A stretch of 64,000 nucleotides of DNA from an uncultured delta proteobacterium (GCA_963808625.1 CAWEHK010000010.1:18664-82663); one strand, 5' to 3'; numbered from the stretch's first letter, positions 43,165 through 51,575 are shown. Translations and numbers: made by a program. The notes: generated from the sequence alone by a model not told the origin.

Positions 43165-44048
43165 TGATGACAGCAATTAATGAGTCTAGACCGATAAAAC
43201 AGCGCCGGACGAAATCGGATATGTCAGAGCTGCGGTCAATCATTTACTCCGTGGTGGAAGAAGACGAACCGATGACCGTCCGCCAGGTCTTCTATCGCCT
43301 CGTCACTATGGGAGCTATAAACAAGACAGAGGCCGAGTATAAAACAACAGTGGTGCGCCTCCTTGGTGATATGCGGCGGGAAGGCCAGTTGCCTTTCCGA
43401 TGGATTGCAGACAATACGCGATGGGTGAGACAGGCAAGAACTCACAATTCTGTGCATGACGCTTTAGAGTGGGGCGCCATGAACTATCGCCGGTCGCTAT
43501 GGTCTGAGGTGCCGGCCTATGTGGAGATATGGCTTGAAAAAGAAGCGCTGGCAGGAGTGCTCTTTGACGTAACGCATGAATGGGATGTCCCTCTATATGT
43601 GACCCGGGGATACCCGAGCTTGTCTTTCTTGCATAGTTCCGGTCAAGAGATCCGAGGCCGGCAAGATCCCACATATCTCTACTACTTTGGCGACTTGGAC
43701 CCGAGCGGTGTGGATATTTCGAGAGTGGTCGAGCGGGGTATCCGAGAGTTTGCTAATAGAGCAGAGATTTATTTTGAGCGTGTGGCTGTCAACTCAGAAC
43801 AGGTTGACGAGTGGGACCTACCGACCAGACCGACTAAGCAAACAGACAGTAGGGCTCATAATTTCCATGGCGAGAGCGTGGAGGTTGACGCGATTCTCCC
43901 CGATCGTTTGCGCGATCTGTGCCGTTGGGTGATCGAGAAGCATTTACCACAGGAAGAACGTGAAAGAGTGCTTGCGATTGAAACAGCCGAGCGAGAGTCA
44001 TTTCAAGAGATTGCTGGTAGGTATTGGCAACAGCAGCCGAACGCTTGA
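43161..44048 (+). CDS. Topoisomerase VI-A/Spo11-like winged-helix + TOPRIM protein
   Basis: MTVRQVFYRL (Tyr), IWLEKEAL (Glu), RGYPS, YFGDLDPSG (DxD), EVDA. Confidence 0.75.
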   Translation: MMMTAINESRPIKQRRTKSDMSELRSIIYSVVEEDEPMTVRQVFYRLVTMGAINKTEAEYKTTVVRLLGDMRREGQLPFRWIADNTRWVRQARTHNSVHDALEWGAMNYRRSLWSEVPAYVEIWLEKEALAGVLFDVTHEWDVPLYVTRGYPSLSFLHSSGQEIRGRQDPTYLYYFGDLDPSGVDISRVVERGIREFANRAEIYFERVAVNSEQVDEWDLPTRPTKQTDSRAHNFHGESVEVDAILPDRLRDLCRWVIEKHLPQEERERVLAIETAERESFQEIAGRYWQQQPNA

Positions 44049-44151
44049 AAGGCGGCTGAATGACACACCAAGTCACAAGGTGTGCGGGAAGGCCCACGCA
44101 GTAAGGAGTTAGGAGTATGGCAACTGACAGTAAATCAGGTGGTTGGATAAA

Positions 44152-44604
44152 ATGAAGATACTGATCGACACGCGCGAGCAGCTCCCCTACCAGTTCGAGA
44201 CCGACGCCGAGCCCGGCAAGCTGGACGTGGGCGACTATTCGATTATGGGTGGTGAAAGCCTGGTGGCGGTCGAGCGCAAGACGGTTGACGACTTGGTTCA
44301 GTGCCTGACGACCGAACGGGACCGCTTCGAGCGCGAGCTATACCGGGGGAGGTCCCTGGATTACTTCGCCTTGGTGATCGAGGCGAGCCTGAGTGACCTG
44401 GCAAATGGCCGTTACAAGTCCCAGGCGCACCCGAAGGCGATGATTCAGAGCTTGTTGACGTTCAGCGTCCGATATGGGCTTCCCATCTTCTTTGCGGAGA
44501 ATAGAGGCTATGGCGCGCGGGTGACTGAAAGCCTGCTGCTGAAGTATGGCCGGGAGTTGGAGCGGCGTTGCCAGCAGATGCAGAAGCTTAATGAAAAGGA
44601 CTGA
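44152..44604 (+). CDS. ERCC4/XPF-family nuclease
   Basis: IDTREQ, LDVGDYS, VERKT, LVIE motifs. Confidence 0.92.
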   Translation: MKILIDTREQLPYQFETDAEPGKLDVGDYSIMGGESLVAVERKTVDDLVQCLTTERDRFERELYRGRSLDYFALVIEASLSDLANGRYKSQAHPKAMIQSLLTFSVRYGLPIFFAENRGYGARVTESLLLKYGRELERRCQQMQKLNEKD

Positions 44605-44610
44605 AAAGTT

Positions 44611-45000
44611 ATGAATACTCCCAGGGAAAGGCTGACTCCCAAGCAGCAACGGGCATTGACGGCTCTTTTGACAAGCCCCACCCATGTGGAAGCGGCACGG
44701 AAGGCGAATATGAGCGTAACCTCGTTATGGCGCATCCTTCGGAATGAACGGTTCCAGGAAGTCTACAGGGGTATGCGAAAACAGATCATGGAGTCCGTCA
44801 TCTGGAAGGCACAGCAATCCTGCGGGGAGGCTCTTGATACTCTGATGACGATCAACCGAAATGAGGAAGCCAACGATTCACCGAGGCTTCAAGCAGCAAA
44901 AGCACTGCTGGAGGTGGGTTTCAAAGGCTATGAGATCGAACACATGGAAGAGCGCCTCGCAGTGTTGGAAGCCAGGCAGAATGAACTGGGGGCATTATGA
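44611..45000 (+). CDS. HTH protein, small-terminase-like
   Basis: LTPKQQRALTALL...EAARKANMSVTSLWR HTH, RLQAAKALLE, C-terminal EERLAVLE. Confidence 0.65.
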   Translation: MNTPRERLTPKQQRALTALLTSPTHVEAARKANMSVTSLWRILRNERFQEVYRGMRKQIMESVIWKAQQSCGEALDTLMTINRNEEANDSPRLQAAKALLEVGFKGYEIEHMEERLAVLEARQNELGAL

Positions 45001-45395
45001 AGCTGGATGGTATGAAGTCGGTAACAAGGCCGGCAGTCCACAAGAAGCCGGCAAGCAAGAGTATCGAGCAAGCACCGCTCACATGGCTTTCTCTGGTTGC
45101 TCAGGATGAACCGGCGCCGGGGGCTGTGCCGGCATTGGTTGAGGTGTGGAAGCAGCAGAACGTGGAAGAGGTCGAGGAGCAGCCACCGGAGGAGAAACCG
45201 GCGTCATTCCCACCGGCGCCACGATACCGGCTTAATGCGGATGGAAGCTTTTCGGTTTTCGACCCGCCGCCTGCGATTTACATTCCTGAGCCGCCAAGAT
45301 GGGTGAGCGGCCATGAGGCCAATGCGATTCGGGAAAGCGATGCAATATGGCAACGAGAGCGGCGCAGCGATGCGTTATTTTGGCACAGGCAGTAG
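44997..45395 (+). CDS. Proline-rich hypothetical protein
   Basis: ATGA-coupled to the previous gene. Confidence 0.6.
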   Translation: MKLDGMKSVTRPAVHKKPASKSIEQAPLTWLSLVAQDEPAPGAVPALVEVWKQQNVEEVEEQPPEEKPASFPPAPRYRLNADGSFSVFDPPPAIYIPEPPRWVSGHEANAIRESDAIWQRERRSDALFWHRQ

Positions 45396-45438
45396 TAACA
45401 CTATTCATCACCGCCAGGGGCGGAGAAGGAGCAAAAAA

Positions 45439-45639
45439 ATGAGCTCTCAAATCAACCAGGAATTGCAAGATGTCATCACCAAGTATGCAGGCGGCAACAG
45501 TGATCGTTTCGCGAAGTCGCTCGGCATCAACCATGCCCAGCTAAACGGCGTCCTGACAGGCAGCTTGCGCTTAACCGCTGACATGCGGCAGGCCATTGAG
45601 GCGCGTTATCCAGGCGCATTTTCAGGGGAAGGAGAATAG
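45439..45639 (+). CDS. Small Cro/C1-like HTH protein
   Basis: DRFAKSLGINHAQLNGVLTGSLRLT; RBS AAGGAG. Confidence 0.7.
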   Translation: MSSQINQELQDVITKYAGGNSDRFAKSLGINHAQLNGVLTGSLRLTADMRQAIEARYPGAFSGEGE

Positions 45640-45641
45640 TC

Positions 45642-45926
45642 ATGGCAACAAACGAAGAATACCCAGAACTCGATCCCGAGAGTCCAACACCGAGGACTTC
45701 GTGGTTCGACCCCGAACCGGAGCCGAAGCGAGAGACTTTTTACGAGAAGCAATTCGGAGGCGGAAGGCAGGGCATGATTGCGGACTACGCTAGTTCTATG
45801 GGTGATGTGATGGTCAGAAATGCTGAAGCTGATTTCAAAGAGGCACTCACAAGGCACAAATGGTCCGAGTTCCACAGGTTTCGCAAAGAGCTCGGATGGC
45901 GCCGGCAGAAGGGGCTGAAGACATGA
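45642..45926 (+). CDS. Hypothetical protein
   Basis: 94 aa, RBS AAGGAG. Confidence 0.7.
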   Translation: MATNEEYPELDPESPTPRTSWFDPEPEPKRETFYEKQFGGGRQGMIADYASSMGDVMVRNAEADFKEALTRHKWSEFHRFRKELGWRRQKGLKT

Positions 45927-46600
45927 GTCAGAACGAACAGGAACTCTTCGAAAGCCTGGATGGTGTTCTTGCCAAGCTCTCAACCATTGACGAACAGCGA
46001 GACTCTGCGGTTACCGAAGCTCGCCAGCTATGGGAGGCGGTACGGGGCGCCCGTCAGGCTGCGTGGGAATCGGCCAAGCATGAATTGAGAACCTTCGAGA
46101 TGGGATTCATGACGCGGATCAATGATCTTGAAAAGGAAAAGGCCGTCTTCTTAAAGGAACTGGAAACCTTGCAGGCGGAGTGGAATGACCATGTCTATGC
46201 CAACAACCAGGATGCTGTAGCGAAACTGGATAAGGCGATCATGGACACAAGGGTCAAACTCGGGCGCATGGAACAGCAGATCCGAATTGTGGGGGAATGG
46301 CCGAAACGTGAGTCTGAGAAGCTGCAGGAGCTCCGTGCCGCCGTGGGTCAGGCGAAAGACAAATTGCTTGACTGGCATGGCGATGAGTGCGGGGAAAAAG
46401 TCTCGGCTCGGGAGCAGGCACGATCCGCCTATTGCCGTGCTGTGGAAAACCAGTTTGCGGCTCAAAGAAATGGTTTCGACTTCTACCGCTCCGCCAAATT
46501 CAACGCGGGGTATCCTGCCGCCTTCGATGCGGGGCGATGGGAGGACTACGATATATCGTCTGATGGCCTGGCGAAGAACATGAAAATACCCAGGTTGTAA
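45923..46600 (+). CDS. Coiled-coil hypothetical protein
   Basis: MSQNEQELFESL..., heptad-rich; ATGA-coupled. Confidence 0.7.
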   Translation: MSQNEQELFESLDGVLAKLSTIDEQRDSAVTEARQLWEAVRGARQAAWESAKHELRTFEMGFMTRINDLEKEKAVFLKELETLQAEWNDHVYANNQDAVAKLDKAIMDTRVKLGRMEQQIRIVGEWPKRESEKLQELRAAVGQAKDKLLDWHGDECGEKVSAREQARSAYCRAVENQFAAQRNGFDFYRSAKFNAGYPAAFDAGRWEDYDISSDGLAKNMKIPRL

Positions 46601-46617
46601 CCTCAAAGGAGAAATAA

Positions 46618-46836
46618 GTGAGCAATGCAACAGATAGGACAACGAGTTTAGCGGGGCTGGCGACTGCCAGGACTAATTTTTTGATAGCCTTTGACGCATT
46701 GATGGACCAGCAAATTGTTAAAGATGCAGGCGGTGGGGCCGTCCCACAGCTAGTGGCCCGTGACCTGGAAATTTCAGCGGACTTTCTGGTTGAGCGAGCC
46801 AGGCATTTGAAAAGGGTTCATCTGAAACGCGGCTAA
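46618..46836 (+). CDS. Hypothetical protein
   Basis: 72 aa, GTG start, RBS AAGGAG. Confidence 0.65.
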   Translation: MSNATDRTTSLAGLATARTNFLIAFDALMDQQIVKDAGGGAVPQLVARDLEISADFLVERARHLKRVHLKRG

Positions 46837-46886
46837 ACCGATTCGGGGCCTTCAGATTGGGGGCCCCGGGTCCATCAGGAGGGGGC

Positions 46887-47087
46887 ATGGCAACCCTTTT
46901 GCAACGCATTTGTAAGCTTGAACAAAGGTCGGGCGGCTACTCACCGGATTGCAGCTCCTATGTCGATGACCTCATCAAACTCAGCGGTGAGGTTCTGTCG
47001 GCAGCCGAGCGAGAGGCATTCATCCGGGAAGTTCAGGGCGAAGGCGGACCTTGCACACATGAAATGATGATACGCGAGCGAGAGTAA
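46887..47087 (+). CDS. Small protein with N-terminal RxxKLE motif
   Basis: MATLLQRICKLEQRSG; RBS AGGAGG. Confidence 0.7.
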   Translation: MATLLQRICKLEQRSGGYSPDCSSYVDDLIKLSGEVLSAAEREAFIREVQGEGGPCTHEMMIRERE

Positions 47088-47099
47088 GGAGCACCAAGC

Positions 47100-47258
47100 A
47101 TGGCAAGCTTGAGTGACCGGCTTAAACGCTTGGAAAAGGTACTCCGGCCTGTGTCTCGGGATGCGCAGAATGTTGATGCCCTCATTCAAGAAATACTGGC
47201 CTATGAACCGAAACCTCCGGGGGTGAAGTCATGGCAAGAACCATCGAAGAACGCTTGA
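47100..47258 (+). CDS. 52-aa protein with N-terminal RLKRLE motif (not in ORF track)
   Basis: MASLSDRLKRLEKVLRPVSRDAQNVDALIQEILAYEPKPPGVKSWQEPSKNA; RBS TAAGGAG. Confidence 0.7.
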   Translation: MASLSDRLKRLEKVLRPVSRDAQNVDALIQEILAYEPKPPGVKSWQEPSKNA

Positions 47259-47419
47259 GACGACTCGAAGAAGCACTCGGCAAAGGGAAGCCGCAATTAG
47301 TGTGGCTTTCTGAGGGTCAGGACCCACCACCGGATGAACCGGGCGACACGGTTTTCGTTCAATGGTCAAGCGTCAGCACAGACCTGCCACCCACAAACCA
47401 ACACACAGCAACGGTTTAG
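47231..47419 (+). CDS. Small protein with N-terminal RLRRLE motif
   Basis: MARTIEERLRRLEEALGKG; RBS GGGGTG. Confidence 0.7.
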   Translation: MARTIEERLRRLEEALGKGKPQLVWLSEGQDPPPDEPGDTVFVQWSSVSTDLPPTNQHTATV

Positions 47420-47483
47420 AGTGCTACCGTTACAATGGTGATTAGGGGCCTTGACCGCAGTTTCTTCCAGGTTGGTTTGAAGC

Positions 47484-47774
47484 TCACTCCGCGTGATACC
47501 ACTGGTCCTCCGTCAAATTGGTCATGAACTCATAGATTTCACCCAAGATCCCATGCTTGTCGGCCCATTCAAGATGCTCTCGGAATCTGAGTTTCTTTGC
47601 CAATATGGGAGTATCCCACCAAGCAGTCAGGATAAGAGGAAGAGGAGGTTCCCAGCCCAAGCCTTTCCTCGTCCTATTTGGAAGTTTTTCCCACAATTCA
47701 TTCCATTGCATTGGTTGCGGACAGACCCTCCCGTTCTTATTTGCCTCTGCTATGGCATCTGCCAGGTTGAGCAT
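47484..47774 (-). CDS. Trp-rich hypothetical protein, cassette-like
   Basis: RVCPQPMQWNELW...PPLPLILTAWW...REHLEWA; starts just downstream of an attC-like GTTCAGC core. Confidence 0.8.
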   Translation of the reverse strand: MLNLADAIAEANKNGRVCPQPMQWNELWEKLPNRTRKGLGWEPPLPLILTAWWDTPILAKKLRFREHLEWADKHGILGEIYEFMTNLTEDQWYHAE

Positions 47775-47801
47775 TTGGTGATCCTTGTCGCTATTGCATT
47801 A

Positions 47802-47863
47802 GCTGAACGTCCTGCATGAGGGGCGAGCCACTCGCGGCAAACCCCTTAGATGCCGGGGTAGGC
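47802..47863 (-). other. Integron attC-like recombination site (slightly degenerate)
   Basis: Minus strand GCCTA[A]C-CCCGG-CATCTAAGGGG-TTTGCCGCGAGTGGCTCG-CCCCTCATG-CAGGAC-GTTCAGC: R''/L''/L'/R' layout with central stem. Confidence 0.65.
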
Positions 47864-48267
47864 CAAACGTAGTACACCGAAAACACCAGCGGCCACGACT
47901 CCGCAAAGGAACAAGAGCGCAAGCAGATAAAGAGATCGTTGTCGCAACCTTTTCGCTGCTTCACGTGCCTCCCATGAGGCCCCACGTTCTTTCGGAGGAC
48001 GTCTGCCCAACGCTTATAAAAGAGAGCATCTGCTCCCCATGCTGCGAGGCCCGCAACCACCGCCGCGACCATGAAGCAAATCGCCGCCAGAAGAGCGTTC
48101 GCCTGATCGGGCGTTAAGGGAGGCTCAATCTTTCGAGTAAGCGCGAAGAAGAAGGCACCGACACTTGCTGTGCCAAGAGCCACAATCATTTTGAGAAGAT
48201 CGAAGCCGGAGGCACGACTACGATCACGAATCTTGTCTGCATCCATTACTGGTGTCTCTTTTGCCAC
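47859..48267 (-). CDS. Membrane protein in putative gene cassette; frameshifted, probably ends ...GVFGVLRLA in the attC R'' box
   Basis: TM helices; alternative frame gives a final TM helix running into GCCTA[A]; preceded by GTTAGGC (48297-48291) and RBS GGAG. Confidence 0.65.
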
Positions 48268-48495
48268 GAATACTCCGTATCAATAAGGAGGCCTAACATG
48301 TAAGATTGTATGGGGTGTCTCCCCTGGTCTTCTCTTGCTCTTGCTTCTGTCTTTCAGTGTTCTGTTTCTGACCCTTTTACTTATCCTTCTTGCCCTTGTC
48401 TCCCATGTATACTCCTCCTTCCCGTTGTCCTTCATGTTCTCGCCATGAGGGCGCGAGCGCCGTCGTCATGGCGCTCATACCCTTTCCCTGGACCC

Positions 48496-48822
48496 TCACT
48501 TGCTGGATTCTTTCACGAAAAAGAGCGACACAATGAGGATTCCGGCGGAAATGACATCAAGAACCTGCCACATTTGCCTCTGAAAATAAAAGGGCAGGAT
48601 TGGATTGAACAGGACAGCATTGAGAAAAAGAATGCCCGCCCAAATCTTCATCTTACGCTCCATGGCGATCACTCCCGACCAGGCGGCAACCCCACAGACC
48701 AGCCAGCGCAGGATCTGGAAGAAAGCGTACTGGTGTTTTCCGAGCACAGCCCATACAAGAAAGGCGCAAGCGAGGACTCGCGCTAATGCAGAGGCGGTCA
48801 ACCAGCTGAAGTTCCTATTCAT
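48496..48822 (-). CDS. Small membrane protein (DUF6804-like)
   Basis: YAFFQILRWLVC, AVLFNPILP, WQVLD pattern. Confidence 0.75.
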   Translation of the reverse strand: MNRNFSWLTASALARVLACAFLVWAVLGKHQYAFFQILRWLVCGVAAWSGVIAMERKMKIWAGILFLNAVLFNPILPFYFQRQMWQVLDVISAGILIVSLFFVKESSK

Positions 48823-49078
48823 AGCGGCGTTTCCAATTCCACCAGCGTTCCGTTACGAACTTTAGAAACTCGTTCTTGTTGAAAGTTGGTTGGCCTAAGG
48901 CCGAGGGTCTGGAATTCCTGAACGATGGATCGTAGAGGCTTTTAGATTCCTCGTGAAACTTACCAAATACGTAGTTGGCGAAGTCAACCAGCACCTGTTC
49001 ACCTTTGAAGTCCGCCGGGTTTATTACCATGCCGTCCCCCTGCTTTGCCGCGCTAATGTATCGGTCAATCAGCAGCAA
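48815..49078 (-). CDS. Hypothetical protein, possibly 5'-truncated
   Basis: Open frame overlapping the next gene; start unclear. Confidence 0.45.
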   Translation of the reverse strand: MLLIDRYISAAKQGDGMVINPADFKGEQVLVDFANYVFGKFHEESKSLYDPSFRNSRPSALGQPTFNKNEFLKFVTERWWNWKRRYE

Positions 49079-49148
49079 CCTTAAATCGTAGACCCTTTCA
49101 CGATGGTTTTCTCATAACTCTCCGGGGATATGCGACCGGATGACTTTG

Positions 49149-49616
49149 TCAAGGTTTGTCAGGTGGAGATAGAGGGTGCTTAATCTGATGTCGTTTAAGG
49201 CCTTCCTTTCCTCCCGTCAAACGTTCCGAGATGGGGGCGGAGAGCCGTTCAATTACGCCTCTCATTTTGAGAACAAAGCCGAACGCTAAATCCTGCCGCT
49301 CCTGGTAATACCGTGCCGGTATCGCATCAAAATGGCGGATTTGAATTGCTGTCTTCAGCCGCGAAATCTTCCGCTGCTGAGAACGGAACAAGTGAAAGAG
49401 ATAACTGACTGAACAAACAGTGAGGAAGGGAGTTAGATTTTGGCTAATGTTCCAGAACTCACCGTCCTCGTCGTATGTTCCCCACGAATCCGGCAAGAAG
49501 GACAGCACGTGGTAAATCCCAGAACCGACGATTACAATGGAGACGATCCAGCCAATAATCCAAGGCCATTCCTCCATAGCCTCCCGAAGTAGCCCCAGTG
49601 GCTTTGATCTGTCCAT
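49149..49616 (-). CDS. Hypothetical membrane protein
   Basis: Two hydrophobic segments (WPWIIGWIVSIVIVGSGIY; FLTVCSVSYLF). Confidence 0.55.
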   Translation of the reverse strand: MDRSKPLGLLREAMEEWPWIIGWIVSIVIVGSGIYHVLSFLPDSWGTYDEDGEFWNISQNLTPFLTVCSVSYLFHLFRSQQRKISRLKTAIQIRHFDAIPARYYQERQDLAFGFVLKMRGVIERLSAPISERLTGGKEGLKRHQIKHPLSPPDKP

Positions 49617-50046
49617 ACATGCCCTTCTGTTTGGAGTTTTTCATTCGTAGCTTTTCCATACCTTTTCCGAGTCCGAGCCATTCGGGAACTGATGTGGTAG
49701 AAAGAAGCCCCAATGACAAACGATTCTTTGAGGGTCTAGGTCGGTTTCTTCCAGAATCCTTTGATTATGATACAGCGTACAAGCGGTTGGCTTTGTCAGA
49801 AAAGTGAAATGTGAACCGAGTTCCGATGAAAACCAATGGTAGGAGCAGGATATTTTGAGCCAATGGCTTTGTCAATCAGAAGTCGCACCACTAGAAGTCG
49901 GCAACCAATCAAAAGACTGAACGCGCAATTTTCCCTTGCACCCTATGACCATGATGCTATTTTTCTCCGCAGTTAGCTGAAAAGCATCTCCCGTTTAATA
50001 GGCTGTACATGATTTCGTATCCCATTTCAGTTGATGAGAGGAGCGA

Positions 50047-50760
50047 TTGCTCATGCGGACAGTAACAAAACTGATGATTCTCGAGTTCTTCTCCGGGCTC
50101 TGCGGTTGGCTGTGGATCATTGGGGGTTTCGCCAGCCTTTTCTTTCTGGCTGTTGCGATCTCTTTCGATGGACGTTGGAGTAATTTTATTTGGGCGGTAG
50201 TGATTTCGGTCATTGCTAAGTGGTTAGCGAAAGGTTTCCTCGAAAACAAACAGCGCGTTGCATTTGAAGCGAAATTGGTGGATGAGGGCTACACCCCTGA
50301 GGAGGCTGGACGACAATGGCTGTGCCGATACACTGGAAAAGAGCCAATCCCCCAGAACGATGGAATATCTTTACAGGAAGCTGAGAAGATTATCCAATCC
50401 TATGGAGCATTGCTTGCCGAGTCGTCCCCATCCTCAGGAACTATCGCGGATTCTTCTAAACTTCCTTACCCAAAGCAGAAGATTAGACAAGCTATCTTGT
50501 TGGCCATCGGGGCTGTGCAGGACACCCAGCAGAAAGAAATGCTTAAGATAGGCTTTCTTCAACTTGCGGACTTTCAAGAGGGGGTCGGTGAGCACCTCGT
50601 TGGCATAGACATATCAAAGATGGATGTTGGCAACACCGACGTGGAAGAACTTGCTCGACAGGTGTTAAGCCAATCTGACGGTTATGAGAAGTGGCGTCAT
50701 GTCGTACACGAAGAACGAGAAGCTCTCAAGACTGAACTTCAGAACGCAGGTCATTGGTGA
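50047..50760 (+). CDS. Hypothetical membrane-anchored protein
   Basis: N-terminal TM helices then soluble domain (SKLPYPKQKIRQA...LQLADFQ); RBS GAGGAG. Confidence 0.75.
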   Translation: MLMRTVTKLMILEFFSGLCGWLWIIGGFASLFFLAVAISFDGRWSNFIWAVVISVIAKWLAKGFLENKQRVAFEAKLVDEGYTPEEAGRQWLCRYTGKEPIPQNDGISLQEAEKIIQSYGALLAESSPSSGTIADSSKLPYPKQKIRQAILLAIGAVQDTQQKEMLKIGFLQLADFQEGVGEHLVGIDISKMDVGNTDVEELARQVLSQSDGYEKWRHVVHEEREALKTELQNAGHW

Positions 50761-51118
50761 CCCCGATCGAGATCAGGCAAATTGGCGCGTGGCAAGCGGG
50801 CCGGAAAGCAACCTCGTTTGATCGAAGGGGGCATCTCTGAGAGCCAGACACGCGGGCAGGGTGAGCCAACTCTGCCTTTTGTGTTTTTGCCGGCAAGAGC
50901 AGGGTAAGGCGGGGGGGATGGTTTTTGGAGCGTTTTTTATGATGTTAGTTTCGCACCATTTGCTTTGTTTCCTGTCTTTATGACAATGAGTGGCGGTTGC
51001 ACCTCAACATGAATCCATTCTCTATCAAGTTCCCGATCAGGCTCAAGCTCAGGATACTGCATGGCAACCACTCTCTATGAAGGCTCGGAGGGATCCGGGC
51101 CTTTTGTCGTTTCGGGGG

Positions 51119-51141
51119 CAAAGTGTGGGATAAATGTGGGA
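51119..51141 (+). repeat. Putative integrase arm-type site, copy 2
   Basis: Identical to 37978-38000. Confidence 0.75.
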
Positions 51142-51188
51142 CAAAATGACCATCATCCAGCATCAAGAAATCCCTTGTGTCCGTAGAA

Positions 51189-51276
51189 TGGTGCCTGGGA
51201 CGAGACTCGAACTCGTACAGAGATGAACTCCGAGGGATTTTAAGTCCCTTGCGTCTACCTATTCCGCCACCCAGGC
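51189..51276 (-). tRNA. tRNA-Leu (anticodon TAA), CCA encoded
   Basis: GCCTGGGTGGCGGAATAGGTAGACGCA-AGGGA-CTTAAAA-TCCCT-long variable arm-GTTCGAGT-CCCAGGCACCA cloverleaf. Confidence 0.97.
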
Positions 51277-51359
51277 ATTAGAGAATAATGTGAATTACTA
51301 CCATATCCCGAAAAACGCTGACAAGAAAAATCAGGGAGCCACGCGGGCGCCATTTCTTG

Positions 51360-51389
51360 TTGACAAGCAAACTGGCGATTGTTTATACG
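51360..51389 (+). promoter_or_regulatory. Putative sigma70 promoter for leader + ABC-paaK-ior operon
   Basis: TTGACA at 51360 with TTATAC/TATACG 17-18 nt downstream. Confidence 0.5.
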
Positions 51390-51443
51390 GGTTAGGCGTG
51401 AGGAAGAGTATTGTAGCATTTGCATAAATGTGAGAGTAATGCC

Positions 51444-51524
51444 ATGAACTGCGCGTTGTCGGAAGAGATTTTGTATTATTACGGCTATTTTGGGCGGTCT
51501 GTCCCCGCAGCGTTACGCCTTTGA
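51444..51524 (+). CDS. Tyr/Phe-rich attenuator leader peptide MNCALSEEILYYYGYFGRSVPAALRL
   Basis: ATG at 51444 after GAGAG; codons TAT TAT TAC GGC TAT TTT at 51474-51491; TGA at 51522-51524; followed by alternative hairpins and terminator. Confidence 0.8.
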   Translation: MNCALSEEILYYYGYFGRSVPAALRL

Positions 51525-51575
51525 GTTGAAGGCCGTGGGCAGACCGCATAAGGTTGCCCACGGTGGTTTTGTTTG

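Larger units (their letters stand above)
37801..51249. mobile_element. About 13.4-kb tRNA-Leu-integrated element (satellite/PICI-like or integrative replicon)
   Basis: 67-bp direct repeats, tyrosine integrase, xis-like gene, primase-helicase, iteron cluster; no capsid, portal, large terminase or conjugation genes recognised. Confidence 0.92.

Noticed and set aside
49200..49290. Additional attC sites in the cargo region (also GTTAGCT near 49972)
   Set aside because: Core-like heptamers are present but I could not build a convincing R''-L''-L'-R' palindrome
37868..51182. Complete prophage or ICE
   Set aside because: No recognisable capsid, portal, large terminase, tail, lysis, relaxase or T4SS genes
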